Origin: Chryseobacterium sp.
GTDB lineage: Bacteria > Bacteroidota > Bacteroidia > Flavobacteriales > Weeksellaceae
DNA: 64,000 bases
NCBI GenBank assembly: GCA_003248755.1
Contig: QFQW01000006.1
Location: forward strand, 4,993 to 68,992
Direction of reading: 5' to 3'
Part shown: piece by piece, positions 63,444-64,000 of the stretch
Position numbering within the stretch: position 1 is the first letter of the stretch
Layout: every line of letters begins with the position of its first letter
Position numbers and translations under genes: made by a program
The notes under the pieces: model-generated
What the model saw: only the letters and a program-made list of their open reading frames with translations
What the model was told of the DNA's origin: nothing
Databases searched by the model: none

Positions 63444-64000
63444 ATGGGACAGAAGACAAATCCAATTGGTAACAGATTAGGTATCATCAGAGGATGGGAT
63501 TCTAACTGGTTTGGTGGTAAAAACTACGGTGATAGAATCGCTGAGGATTACAAAATCAGAAGATACCTTGAAGCAAGATTATCTAAAGGTGGTATTTCAA
63601 AAATCTTTATTGAAAGAACACTTAAATTAGTAACTGTAACGATTACAACTGCCAGACCAGGTTTAATCATCGGGAAAGGTGGACAGGAAGTTGACAAACT
63701 AAAAGAAGAGTTGAAAAAATTGACCGGAAAAGATATCCAGATCAATATTTTCGAAATCAAGAGACCTGAGCTAGATGCAGTATTGGTTGCTGACAGCATC
63801 GCTAAGCAAATCGAAAACCGTATCTCTTACAGAAGAGCTGTGAAAATGGCAATCGCTTCTACTATGAGAATGGGTGCTGAAGGAATCAAAGTTCAGATTT
63901 CTGGAAGATTGAACGGAGCTGAAATGGCACGTTCTGAAAACTTCAAAGAAGGAAGAATTCCTTTATCTACTTTCCGTGCTGATATCGATTATCACATCGG
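63444..64000 (+). CDS. rpsC: 30S ribosomal protein S3 (3'-truncated by the window edge)
   Basis: My own translation from ATG 63444 reads [23 protein letters not shown]...IIGKGG.EV..L...L...; the frame is open to the end of the window and the ORF is not in the supplied track. Confidence 0.95.
   Translation, partial: MGQKTNPIGNRLGIIRGWDSNWFGGKNYGDRIAEDYKIRRYLEARLSKGGISKIFIERTLKLVTVTITTARPGLIIGKGGQEVDKLKEELKKLTGKDIQINIFEIKRPELDAVLVADSIAKQIENRISYRRAVKMAIASTMRMGAEGIKVQISGRLNGAEMARSENFKEGRIPLSTFRADIDYHI

Noticed and set aside
1-64000. A search for CRISPR arrays, tRNA/rRNA genes, toxin-antitoxin pairs or recognisable phage-defence genes.
   Set aside because: No regularly spaced direct repeats, no cloverleaf-capable or rRNA-like segments in the intergenic regions, and no nuclease/helicase/methylase defence-type motifs were seen apart from the lone GxxExxY gene. 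Absence is based on visual inspection only.

Overview
This 64-kb chromosomal window comes from a low-GC Bacteroidota genome, most likely Flavobacteriales (Chryseobacterium/Weeksellaceae-like). That placement is inferred from T9SS C-terminal sorting domains, TAnnTTTG-type -7 promoter boxes and the protein family content. All family calls rest on motif recognition in the supplied translations; no database search was possible.

Layout:
- 1-9.4 kb: panB, an esterase, an RluA-type pseudouridine synthase and three consecutive plug+barrel outer-membrane (OM) receptor paralogs.
- 9.6-11.7 kb: lipoprotein, LytS-type kinase and LytTR regulator.
- 11.8-14.6 kb: orphan cassette of ACP, adenylating ligase, SDR and hexapeptide acyltransferase.
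- 14.8-15.7 kb: ECF sigma factor plus a small membrane protein.
- 15.8-25.2 kb: visibly AT-rich block. It holds a candidate RiPP/bacteriocin-like operon: a 48-aa double-glycine-leader peptide, an intrinsic terminator, a 395-aa orphan HxxxH protein, two periplasmic proteins and a C39-peptidase ABC exporter. A fourth OM receptor paralog and a small lipoprotein lie upstream, and a transmembrane TPR/AraC regulator is transcribed divergently.
- 25.3-30.7 kb: two aconitases.
- 32.1-34.4 kb: TPP riboswitch plus TonB-dependent receptor.
- 34.5-53.6 kb: assorted housekeeping and accessory genes, including a GxxExxY cassette, a frameshifted 2H-phosphoesterase, an ECF/anti-sigma/DUF4252 module, fused IcmF, a plant-type LRR T9SS protein and Dps.
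- 53.7-64 kb: the str and S10 ribosomal operons, split between rpsJ and rplC by a 3.3-kb insert carrying a T9SS metalloprotease.

The most interesting candidate is the peptide operon at 15.8-23.3 kb. It has no recognisable class-defining RiPP enzyme and no HlyD-type partner.
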